A stretch of 58,230 bases of DNA from Octopus bimaculoides (lineage: Eukaryota). Positions 24,290 through 36,025 of this stretch are shown piece by piece. A program made the position numbers and the translations under genes. The stretch covers positions 28,334,260-28,392,489 of the forward strand of contig NC_069005.1 of NCBI RefSeq assembly GCF_001194135.2, in the 5' to 3' direction. The stretch's first letter is position 1. The number at the start of each line of letters is the position of its first letter. The notes below the pieces were generated by a model. That model ran no database searches. It was not told where the DNA came from and saw only the letters and a list, made by a program, of their open reading frames with translations.

Positions 24290-24393
24290 CAGGTGGAGCC
24301 ACATAATAATCTTCAAAGACCTTCGTAGCATTGTTGAGTATAGCGTCTTTCCTGTGTCCTTCCTTGACGACATCAGACCGAAGTTCCAGTGCT
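24290..24393 (-). CDS. GATC: GATC exon 3
   Basis: ALELRSDVVKEGHRKDAILNNATKVFEDYYVAPP resembles human [33 protein letters not shown]. Sites ctgcag| and |gtaagt. Confidence 0.9.
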
Positions 24394-25628
24394 CTGCAGA
24401 TCAGGTGAGTGTTTCGATGATAATGCGACAAAGAGAAGGTGGAAAATGAATAAAAGAATAACTACAGATGAAAAAGTCAAAGATGGGGGGGGGGAGNNNN
24501 NNNNNNNNNNNNNNNNNNNNNNNNNNNNNNNNNNNNNNNNNNNNNNNNNNNNNNNNNNNNNNNNNNNNNNNNNNNNNNNNNNNNNNNNNNNNNNNNNNNN
24601 NNNGGGGTGGGGTGGGGTGGAGGGGACTGCATAATTATAATCCTTTGGCATTTCTTTCAGATTTACGTCCTGGGGTCAAATACTGCAGAGGCTGACTTTG
24701 CTTTCCATCCCTTTGGGGGTCGATAAAATAAGTACCAATTAAGCGGGGGCATTGTGATATGTAATCGACTAGCTGCATCCCCAAAATATCAGGCCTCATG
24801 CCTATAGTACAAAAGAATAGCATTAATCACAAGGATACTTAAAGACTTCCTGAGACCTGGGTCGCCGAATACTTGCCAAGGTATCTTCACACCATGCATC
24901 CATTTCAAGTGTTGCAAACATGGGATTCCCCATTCAGACTAATCCCAGGAAGAGCCCTTACGATCCAGTAGCAGGCCAAGAGATAGATCCCTCCTTCCAC
25001 TCTCCAAATAGCTAGTATAGGGGAGATAACCCATCCTCACTAATGTCGGACCTTTTATTCTTTGATGATCATTTGATTAATGACTAACGACTTTCCACCT
25101 CTGAGAGGTAGAGAATTAAACTGTCTTCAGGCTAGAATTTGAAGAGTCGTCTGCAAAGCTACGGCCTTCATGGATGCAAAACCATGGGTCACTATGACCC
25201 ATTACTTATATATATTTCTTTTATTTGTTTGTCATCTGACTGTGGCCATGCTGGAGTACCACCTTAACGGGATTTTTTAGCAAAAGAAATCGACCCCAGG
25301 ACTTATTCTTTGTAAGCCTAGCATTTATACTATTGGTTTCTTTTGCTGAACTGCTAAGTTACAAGGACATCAGTTGTCGTGTAATGGTGGTGGTGAGGGC
25401 AGGGGACAAACACAGACACAAAGGCACACACATACATACATACATACATGTATGAATGTGTGTGTGTGTGTGGATATAAATACATACATACATGTATGAA
25501 TGAATGTGTGTGTGTGGACAAAATAGGGAGAAAGAGAAAGCAGGACAAAAAAATAGGCGGGAAAGGGCCATCAAAAATTGGCAAAATGCTGGAGCAGCTT
25601 TGGGCAGCAAAAACAAAACTGGATTTAC

Positions 25629-25798
25629 CTGTCTTCGTGTACTGATATCATAGGTTCAATCCCAGTCGTATCCACAGACAGAACTTCATTAGCAGCTTTA
25701 ATAGTTTGTCGGAGCCGTTGCACATCAACCTCAGAGTCAAATGCAACAAGGGATAGCCTTTCCAACTTCTCTACAAGTTTGGCATCAACTGGAGGTTC
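25629..25798 (-). CDS. GATC: GATC exon 2
   Basis: EPPVDAKLVEKLERLSLVAFDSEVDVQRLRQTIKAANEVLSVDTTGIEPMISVHED contains the GatC motifs LERLxLV and VDTxGxEPM. Confidence 0.9.
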
Positions 25799-26095
25799 CT
25801 GGTTCGAAATAAAGACTGTGATCGTTATTTTAATCAAAAATTTGATATATATTCATATAAAAATTACTGTTTGATATATATATATATATGTGTGTGTGTG
25901 TGTATATATAGGCGCAGAGGGTGGCTGTGTGGTAAGAAGCTTGCTTCCCAACCACATGGGTCTTCTTCTCAAGCACGACATAATGCCAAAGGTCTTGGCC
26001 ATTGCCCCCGTGAAGCCCAACACCTGAAAGGAACACCACCAAAGAATACCTGTATATAATACCACAACCTTTTAAATGTCCAGTTTAATATTTAC

Positions 26096-26209
26096 CTTAG
26101 AGTAACTGTAGTGAGATGCTAGAGTCAGGGGTAAGGGCCTTTGAAACAGACGAGGCAATGTGTATTGCCTGGAAACAAGGTGGTACCATCGCAGAGCAGG
26201 AAGCTTCAT
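26096..26209 (-). CDS. GATC: GATC exon 1 (mitochondrial transit peptide)
   Basis: MKLPALRWYHLVSRQYTLPRLFQRPLPLTLASHYSYSK|gtaaat is Arg-rich with no acidic residues and ends in phase 0. The total protein is 137 aa. Confidence 0.7.
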
Positions 26210-27559
26210 TTAGGTAGCAGATAATTGAAGTTCCGCTGGATTTATATATCTGGGTCTCGTCTTTATTTATTTATCTTTATTTCTTCTGTAAATAAAAGGA
26301 CAAGATGGAGATAAGAATCTAAGATAGAACGAAGAATGAATAATTATTATGGGTTGCTGATAAGGAGGAGAAAAGCTGTTTATTGGGAAGTGAAATTGCT
26401 CATGAATGGGAGTTGTGTGGAAAGAAAATTTTCTACAAACACCATTTCAGATAGTGTAGATTACGACTGTATCGGAGTTTAATGTGAAAAATAAAAGCGT
26501 TGGACACGTGCACATACACACTGACACACATCACAATCGTTTTAAAATTTAAAGTTTCATTTTGTAGACGTGATGTGTGTCAGTATGTATGTGTGCTCGC
26601 CCACCAATTTTTTCTTTTCATATTAAATTCCGATGTAATTATAACCTAAGCCATCTGAAAGGTATGTGTTGATAATTTCATTTAAAAATACCTACTTTTC
26701 CGAAAGTTATGCGGCAACTAAGTCGAAACTCCTCTTCTCTTGCTCGGAATTTTTTTTTTTTTTTTTTTCACTACAAATTCCGATATAATCGTAATATCTG
26801 AAGTGTGTTTGTAGAAAATTTCATCAAAATATCCATTTTTCTGGAAGTTTTGAGTAAACGAACTCGGGATCTTTTCAATCTGACAGACAGATTGAAAAGA
26901 TCCCGAAGTCGGATGGGCACAATTGTGTAGGTAAGCCATTGTAGAAACAATTTTACATTAAACTGAAAACTTGCTGGGGCTAATGCAGTTTCGCATTACT
27001 CAATACTTTTAAAAGAAAATAAACTTTTACGGGGACTTCGCCGTTTCGGCTCGGCCTGCACGCTTTCATGAGATTATATACACATGTGTGTAGTTCAAAT
27101 TTATAGAAAACAAAAGACGAAGATGAGGAAACAACAAGCGGGTGTATTAGTTTAACGCCCGAGAAGAATGGAAAAGCCTTTGACATTTCGACCCTACGCT
27201 CTTCGACAGGAAAGATCGAGAGAGGAAAAAATGGAAAGCGAAAAAAAAAAGGAGTTGATAGGATAAATGATATGAAAAGATATATAGAGTAAGAGGTGTA
27301 CATCTAAAGAAGGAAGACAATAGAAAAATGTAAAAAGACAGGTGTACAGCTAAACCATGTGTCGGATTTAAGAATAAGATGAAAATGCAGTTTAGGGTTT
27401 CAAAATAATTAAAAGGAATATGCCTTTTAATTTTCGAATTTTGGGAAACTTTCTGGTGTAATGTTTTAATAAGGAGCCTCCAAACTTTATCAAGTTTCAG
27501 GCATCATCAGCTTCGTTACCAGCTGTCTAAATGACAGAAAAGTAAGACAAACAAAATGA

Positions 27560-28050
27560 TACAAAACCGGACTGATTATCCGGCAAGCTTGGGACCGGAA
27601 GTGGTTAGGATTTCGAAATTTATTGATTATATGGACACAGTCGAAATATATAATTAAAATATAAAATGAACTATGAAAAAATGCTAAATTGTATTTAACA
27701 GATTCAAATTAAAACACTTCTAAAGCAGGGTCTGTTTGATAGTTATTAATCCACTTATATCATAATGTAACATACATACAGTGTTATAATGATAAAAATT
27801 AAAAACGATATACCACACAAATGTAGGTATGCCAAATAAATGAAGAAAAGCAATGACCATGATTTTATTTAAACGGTACGGTTACAAATTAATACAATTC
27901 TAAAGAAGAGTATGTTTAAGCTTCATCAATCCATATAAAATAGTTCTGTCCTTTAACAAAACTATTTTTAACACTACATGCAAATCAAATTAACCAACTT
28001 CTTTACAGTATTCCCGGATTTCTGGAAGCCGGATAAGAAATCCGGTACTA
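27560..28050. mobile_element. pogo/Tigger-like MITE between GATC and TRIAP1
   Basis: Left accggactgattatccggcaagcttgggaccggaa and right ttcccggatttctggaagccggataagaaatccggtacta are imperfect inverted ends. The right end is nearly identical to 9739-9779, which terminates in CACTG. Confidence 0.5.
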
Positions 28051-28803
28051 TATAAAAGATAGAATGAGAACCAAAAGCACACACACTTACTTGCAGAATT
28101 ATATAATGAATAGCACAGTTTTTTCTTCTGTTTCGGTCAAATTTCTTCTTTCCTGCAGCTTATCGAGAAACTACTACAAGGCATTCATTTGTTCTATTAT
28201 AAATTATAAATTCTACTTGAAACGTCTCAATTGCCCTTGATAAAGGCATGAACACCTCACATTTTGTCTTATTCCCCCTTGCACCTTACAGCATTACGGC
28301 AGTATATCCGTATTCACGTGTGTTTGTATGTATGTGTGTGTTCACTCAAGTGTGTGTATGTATGCATCTAAGCATCTGTGCGCGCGAGTTTATATGCATT
28401 TATGTGTTCACACGCGTATGTGTATGTATGTAATGACATATGTATGTCTATAAGATGTTGTGTATGCGTATGTATCAAAGCGCATGTGCGTGTAAATATA
28501 TATATATAATATATATTTATATATGTATATATAGGTATAGATTACAGATTCTAATTAATAGAAGGTACTGTATATATATTTAGGATCTTTATAAAATTTT
28601 TCCAAACACAAAGTATTTCAAATTTATTTATTTGTGTATGTGTGTTTATATATATATGTGGATGTACACATACTTGTGTGCGTATGTGTGTCTCTGTCCC
28701 TGTACCCCACTCTCTCTCCCTCCGCACACGTGCTAAAATCCAGTGTTCATTTATGTGGCGCAGTGCTACAAGGTCTCCACCAGGTTGTGATCAGTTTACA
28801 AAC

Positions 28804-28947
28804 ATGGACAGTATCGCCGAGGAATGTAACTCTCTCAAGAAATTCTACGATGACTGCTTTAATAAGTGGTTTTCAGAGAAATTCCTTAAAGGAGAAATGG
28901 ACGAAGCCTGCACCCCGATGTTCAAGGCCTACCAGACATGTATCACT
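28804..28947 (+). CDS. TRIAP1: TRIAP1/Mdm35 exon 1 (twin CX9C-type)
   Basis: [48 protein letters not shown]|gtatgg shows the classic family motif. Confidence 0.95.
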
Positions 28948-29076
28948 GTATGGGGTCTTTTATTTCTATCTATTGCTGTTGTAGTCTTCGTTACACTTTT
29001 GACGATTGTGTGACAGTTTTTGTAACGTAAGATATATATATGTGTGTATGTTTATGTATGTGATTATATGTATGTT

Positions 29077-29113
<37 letters not shown>

Positions 29114-30625
29114 ATGTGTATATAGATGTGTGTATTTGCATATAGATGTGTGAATTTGTTTGTATATCGTCCTGTGCATGTGACAGTAATGTTATATATG
29201 TGTGTCTGGATGTATACACAGATGTATTTTTATTTGTGTGTGTGTGTGTATGGCCATGTGTTTTTGGTATTTATTTATATATGTATATTAGTATGTACAC
29301 ATTTATCTTTCTTCCTCCCTGTTCGTTCTATGGTGCTTGTATTGATTACTCTTCCAGTAGACTGATACCCACAAGGGACTATATTAATACCCGTACTACA
29401 ATCGTTACTTAATCCAAGTCAGCTCTAATCACACAGACAGATATAGCCCTGTAACCAAAAATGGTGTTCCGATAGTGATCACCTCAGATTTTATTTTGCC
29501 ATAATATATCTAGATCTACATTGTCCAACGTGTCCTTTCTCTATTTAGATGATAGGATGTAATTTGAAGGATATTTGGCTGTTATTTCAACCAGATCGAG
29601 CAACCATATAGAAATAACAATGGTGATGGTAGTGGCGTAACTGTCTGGACTCTAAGCTTTGCTGGGGTGTCACCGTTTTTCTTTCAATGTGTCGTGTGTG
29701 AGGCAGTTTCACCAAATAGAAAAAAAAAACTAGCAATCTGTCGGTTACGACGACGAGGGTTCCAGCTGAACCGATCAACGGAATAGCCTGCTCGTGAAAT
29801 TAACGTCCAAATGGCTGACCACTCCACCGGCACGTCTACTCTTAATGTAGTTCTCCGGGAGCTGAGTGGACTGGAGCAACGTGAAATGAAGCGGTTTGAG
29901 AATCTAGCTCACGATCTTACGATAATGATTCGAATACCCTGGCCACTAAGCTACGTGTCCTTACCTTCACGGTATAACCAACCAAACACTGCCTTGTTTA
30001 CTCGTGATAATTTCTTTTCTTTTCTTTTTCGTATCCCCAATCAGTTGACTGGTCAGAACTATCTGTGGAACTAATAATCATTTAAAATATCCCTATTCAC
30101 TTACAAACACACAAAAACAAATTCTCCAATACTCTCTCTCTCTCTCTAAACTATTATGAACTTCATTAGCTTAAAGCCAGTTCATCACAGGTGAACTGCT
30201 AGATGCAGGAAGAAAGAATGAGAGAAAGTTGTGGCAAAAGAGTCAGCAGAAGTTCGCCGTTACTTTCTGCTGGAGCTGTGTGGATTTTAGGTGTTTCGCT
30301 CTTAAACACGCACATCGCCTTGTCTGAGATTCGAACCTGCGATCTCTCAACCATGAGTCCGCTGCTCTAACCATTAGGCCATGTGCCTCCAAGTTGTCAA
30401 CGAATAAATTCTAGCCATCCCAGTTCATTGATTTGCCCAACAACTATAATGCTCAGATTGTAAACACGGACGAAATGCCACTAAGCACATTATTTACATT
30501 CGACGGATATTTGTCCTCATCCGTCGAATGTAAATAATATAAATAATGTACAGAATTCCTCATCTCTTAAATGTAGAACTTAGTGTCTTTCATTTTCTCT
30601 TTCCTCTCTCTCTCTCTTTCTGCAG

Positions 30626-30721
30626 AAAGCCATCAAAGACAGAAAAATCGATATTGGTGAATTACAACAGGATGTTCTCGGAACTGAAAAAGAGAAACCA
30701 CCTCCTCCACGCCGTGGATGA
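30626..30721 (+). CDS. TRIAP1: TRIAP1/Mdm35 exon 2
   Basis: ctctttctgcag|AAA GCC ATC gives KAIKDRKIDIGELQQDVLGTEKEKPPPPRRG*, resembling human KAIKEKEIPI. Confidence 0.88.
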   Translation, partial: KAIKDRKIDIGELQQDVLGTEKEKPPPPRRG

Positions 30722-30879
30722 CCAGAAGAAAAGAATTCATGAAAAGCAGAACATTTTTTTCTAACAAGCAGAGTTGATTTTGATATCATTATTATTATTA
30801 TTATTATTATGTTGAGCTGATGCATAACAGAATCAGTTGTGAACAAGAGAAAATGTCTGCCAGTTGTTCCAACTCTTCA

Positions 30880-31690
30880 TGTTCTGTGTTCAAAACCCAC
30901 CAAGGTCAAATTTAACCTGTTATCCCTCTAGGGTTGATAAAATGAAGTACCGGTCAAGTACTCTGAGGTTGTTGGAATCGACCAACCACCTCCCCTCAAA
31001 ATTGCTGGCCTTGTGCCTAAACCAAAAACCATCATCATCATCATCATTATCCCATCGAGGTCAACTTTGCCTTTCATCCTTTCGGGGTCAATAAATTATG
31101 TACCAGTGAAACACTGGGTCGATATAATCGACTAGTCCCCCTCCCCCAAAATTTCAGGCCTTGTGCTTTTAGTAGAAAGGATTATTATTATTATTTATTG
31201 TCGTTGTTGTTGTTGTGTAAAGCAGCAAGCTAGCAAAATTGTTAGATCATTGGATAAAATGCTTAGTGCCAGTTCCTCTAACTCATTATGTCCCAAGTTC
31301 AAATTCCACTGAGGTCAACTTTGCTTTTCATCCTTTTGGTGGGGGTCAATGAAATTAGTACCAGTTACACACTGGAATCAATGAAATCGACTAGTCCCCG
31401 CCCTCAAAGTTTCAGGCCTTGTGCCTTTAGCAGAAAAAGGATCATTATTATTATTATTAAAGCAGCGAGCTGGCAGAATCGTTAGCAGGCCGGACAAAAT
31501 GCTTAGCGGCACTTCATCCATCCTTATGTTCTGAGTTCAAATTCCACCAAGGTCGACTTTGCTTTTTATCCTTTCGGGGTCGATAAATTAAGCTCCAGTT
31601 GAACACTGAGGTTGATGTAATCAACATTACCGCTCCCTCAAAATTTCAGGCCTTCTGCCTATAGTAGAAAGGATTATTATTATTATTATC
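30880..31690 (+). mobile_element. Head-to-tail array of about four family A SINEs separated by (TCA)n/(TTA)n
   Basis: Successive copies of the caaattcc...aggtcaactttgc...aaaatttcaggccttgtgcc block. Confidence 0.8.
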
Positions 31691-32709
31691 ATTAATGAAA
31701 GCTCTCAGCTTATTTTGCTGGGTATGATGGAAAAGTGTCAGCTGTCTCCAGTCAAGAGGCTGAGGTAACACTTGTTTAACTGATCATGCTTCGAGAACCC
31801 TGTGGAGAACTCTTGCAGTGTTGATACTTCCAAGCACGCCAATCACTTCACGTCCACTCTCTTCATTGCTTATTTCCCACTTTAATAAGTCTATTCATGA
31901 TTACCTCCTTTTTACATTCTAAGTTTTAAAATGACATCGACTGACTTTGCCTTACAACTTCCCACCCAAGGACAGTAAAATAAAGCTACCAGTTATATAC
32001 TGGGGTGAAAAAGAGAGTGGATTGAATCAACTACAACCATTCTCTCCTGAAATTTTTAACCTTGTGTCAATGTTGGAAATCAATACTGTTTTTTTTTTTT
32101 GTTCTTGTTTAGCCCCAGGTCAAACCTAATCAAGCAGACCTATGATGAAAGGCATTCCAGCCATGACTATTCCATCATTTTCCTGTATACAGAGAACCCA
32201 CCACTACAGTACACCATCCAGCCTTGTTTTCTGTCTTGCTTTTTTTTTAATTATTTTTTTAAGACAACAAAGCATGATTTGAGAGGGAGATATGGCTGTT
32301 AATTTTAGCAGATCAAGTAACCATGTTGAGTTGTGGTCCCCAATCTTTCTTTGCACTACAGACTTGATTCATGCAAGACAATTTCTTCCCTGGACCTGGA
32401 GATCCATCACACAACAAAACACAAAGTGCTTAATGTATAATGTAATTATAACATAAAAATGGTCGATTTTCTCAACTAAAGGCGGTGCTCCAGCATGGCC
32501 GCAGTCAAATGACTGAAACAAGTAAAAGAGTATATAACATTTATAGGTGCAGGTGCGGCTGTGTGTTAAGAAGCTTGCTTCCCAACCACATGGTTCCAGG
32601 TTCAGTCCCTCTACATAGCACCTTGGGCATTTGGCTTCTACTATAGCCTTGGGCTAACCAAAGCCTTGTGAATGGATTTAGTAGGTGGAAACTGAAAAGA
32701 AGCCTGTTG

Positions 32710-32755
<46 letters not shown>

Positions 32756-33340
32756 CTTTGTCTGTACTTGTCCCACCACCCAATGTCAGTGTGTTTATGT
32801 CCCCGTAACTTCGCAGTTGAACAAAAGAGGCGAATCGAATAAGTACCAGGCTTATAAAGAATAAGTCCTGAGGTCAATTTCTTCGACTCAAAGGCGGTAC
32901 TCCAGCATGGCCACAGTCAGACGACTGAAACAAATAAAAGAATAACATTATGTAATATATATAATAAAAAACCCCACCTAGGGAATGGGTTCCATTTGAT
33001 TTGCTCGCAAAGTTAATGTGAAAGTGGCTGAGTACTCCACAGGCATGTACCTTTAACCCTTTAGCATCCTTACCAGCCATATGCAGCACAAATCTATTTT
33101 ATCTTCAAACTGGCCAGATCTGGCCTCTGCCATCTGTCCTATAATGTCATTCTAAAAATAAGCAATCACATTATCAAAATCTCAAAGCTACAAGAGAATG
33201 CATGACAAGTTTTTTAAAAATTTTAATAAATAAGCATTGCATTTGACAATAATCTGAATGCTAAAGGGCTACTGTAGTTCTCAGCGACATTCAGTATGAT
33301 ACAGAATGGGACATGGCTGGCCCTTTTGAATTACAGGTAC

Positions 33341-34085
33341 TTTTTTGTCAGCTGAGTGCACTGCAGCAATGTGAAATAAAGCGTCTTGCTCAAGGACACA
33401 GTGCATGACTGGGAATTTGAACTCACTTTTTTGTCAGCTGAGTGCACTGCAGCAATGTGAAATAAAGCGTCTTGCTCAAGGACACAGTGCATGACTGGGA
33501 ATTTGAACTCACANNNNNNNNNNNNNNNNNNNNNNNNNNNNNNNNNNNNNNNNNNNNNNNNNNNNNNNNNNNNNNNNNNNNNNNNNNNNNNNNNNNNNNN
33601 NNNNNNNNNNNNNNNNNNNNNNNNNNNNNNNNNNNNNNNNNNNNNNNNNNNNNNNNNNNNNNNNNNNNNNNNNNNNNNNNNNNNNNNNNNNNNNNNNNNN
33701 NNNNNNNNNNNNNNNNNNNNNNNNNNNNNNNNNNNNNNNNNNNNNNNNNNNNNNNNNNNNNNNNNNNNNNNNNNNNNNNNNNNNNNNNNNNNNNNNNNNN
33801 NNNNNNNNNNNNNNNNNNNNNNNNNNNNNNNNNNNNNNNNNNNNNNNNNNNNNNNNNNNNNNNNNNNNNNNNNNNNNNNNNNNNNNNNNNNNNNNNNNNN
33901 NNNNNNNNNNNNNNNNNNNNNNNNNNNNNNNNNNNNNNNNNNNNNNNNNNNNNNNNNNNNNNNNNNNNNNNNNNNNNNNNNNNNNNNNNNNNNNNNTACT
34001 TTTTTGTCAGCTGAGTGCACTGCAGCAATGTGAAATAAAGCGTCTTGCTCAAGGACACAGTGCATGACTGGGAATTTGAACTCAC
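33341..34085 (+). repeat. 86-nt tandem repeat of a SINE internal segment, spanning an N-gap
   Basis: The unit tttttgtcagctgagtgcactgcagcaatgtgaaataaagcgtcttgctcaaggacacagtgcatgactgggaatttgaactcac occurs at 33341, 33427 and after the gap. Confidence 0.8.
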
Positions 34086-35856
34086 AACCTTATGATCATA
34101 AGCTGAATGCCGTAATTACTAAGCCACACTGTCAACTGCAGTAATCAGTTAAAGAGAAATACAATTGAAGCATTTATTCTTTCTGTGCAGCCCAGTACTA
34201 AATGAGCCATGGCTCAGTGGTCGGGGACTCCCGAGCAAGGGGTCGTTATTGTTTATTGATGGCAGCTTTGTGTCACAGCGCCATTAATTCTTGGTCATTG
34301 GAAAGAGTCATCTTCTCCCCCCCCCATTATAATCATCATCATCATCATCATAATAATGAAATGAGACAATTAGGTGTTGATGACCAAAGCCTGGCTCACC
34401 GAGACATTCAGACCCTTTTTTTTTTTTTGTGCTGGAGGTAAACACATACATGTATGCATGCATGCATATACAGAAATATACAAATGGAGTGAGTGAGTTA
34501 GAGAGAGACTATATATATAACCATAATTAGATGCTTACACACACAAACAGAGACATCGTAATTTATTAACTGAACACAACTGACAAACACTTAGCTATGA
34601 GAGAAGCAGAGATTGACGTAATTTATTAATTGAACACGACTGACAAGCATTTTCCCTTTCCTCATACGCACAATGAGAAATATACTCACATTTAAACAGA
34701 GCAAGAGAAGTATTCAAATGTTTGATATGAAGTAAATGAACATCGAATCAGCCGTGCCAAATAAATGGCACCAAAATGCCTCCCACCTTCATAATAATGG
34801 TTGCTGTAATAGAATATTCTTCAATGCTCACTCCTCCTTCCTGAAGTCTCGTCAACTGTCTGCAGGGACATTTATATGTTTTTGTTGTAAATAAACAATT
34901 ATTTGGATTCTTTTCTTCCACTGTTTGGCTTCCATTTTTTTTCTATATATCTCCTTTTATCATCATCATCATCATTGTTTAACGTCCACTTTCCATGCTG
35001 GCATGGGTTGGACAGTTTGACTGAGAACTGGTAAGCCAGGGAGCTGCACCGGGTTCCAATCCGATTTGGCAGTGTTTCTACATTTTAGCAAGTTTAAAGT
35101 GATTTCTTTTGTGCCGTAAGCCATTTACCATTTCTGTGGTTCCCCCTCCTTCCTTTGATGCCCTAAGCATGTGCTTATTTTGCTTAATGGTTAATCCAGC
35201 GCTGGTGCAATCTACTACAGGATGGTCACTATAAGAATGCCTTTAATCAAAGATCTATTTGACCTGTGGTTAACCAGCCATTCAGTCATATAGGAGAGAA
35301 AAGGGAGATAAATACATCTATCCTCGTTTATCACAGGTTTGGTGCCAGAAAAGTGATAAACGAATCATCTCCACATACTTTACAAATGGTAGATTCTTTG
35401 ACACCAAACTTATCCCACAGCAGCAAAGCTTCCACTGCCATCCATTTTCTTGCTCATCTCTACCTTTTCTTGTAGGGAATAGATCTGTCTGCATCATTTA
35501 TTGGGATCAGATGCTTTCGTATTGGAATGAATGGTAGATCGATTGATACCAAAGTTCATGGCCCATGGCACTGAAGTTTCAATCATTACATATTTTCTTG
35601 CGCATTTCTACAATTTTTTTGGCGGGAGAAAAGCACCTGTTTGGCAACCCGTAAAAGCGCCCATGCAACATCACATAAAGGCATCTATGTGGTGCCACAT
35701 AAAAGCACCCAGGCCACTCTATAAAGTGGTTGGCATCAGGAAGGGCATCCACCCATAGAAACCATGCCATATCCAACTGGAGTCTGGTGCAGACACCCCA
35801 ACCTATGCCAGCATGGACAACAGACATTAAATGATGATGATGAATACACTTCTATA

Positions 35857-36025
35857 TTTAAGAGATGAGGAATTATGTACATTATTTACATTTGACAGAT
35901 ATTTGTCCTCATCTAGTTTGTTGTTAACATAACGTTTCGGCTGATATACCCTCCAGCCTTCTTCAGCTGAAACGTTGTGTTAACAACAAACAAGATGAGG
36001 ACAAATATGCGTCAAATGTAAATGA
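35857..36025. mobile_element. Penelope-like fold-back copy with hammerhead core
   Basis: The minus strand at 35931-35966 reads CUGAAGA A GGCUG...CAGCC GAAACGUU. The right arm starts GAAACGTTGTGTTAAC. Confidence 0.7.

Noticed and set aside
25960-26060. Extra GATC exon after the acceptor-like ttcctttcag
   Set aside because: The sequence matches the RTE ORF end, and exons 1 and 2 already join in frame at the expected protein length.
28091-28250. Non-coding 5' exon of GATC (donor-like GTAAGT at 28090 on the minus strand)
   Set aside because: No good polypyrimidine acceptor upstream of the GATC ATG. It cannot be supported without transcripts.
33341-33512. CRISPR-like array
   Set aside because: There are no unique spacers, the units are contiguous SINE-derived repeats, and the context is eukaryotic.
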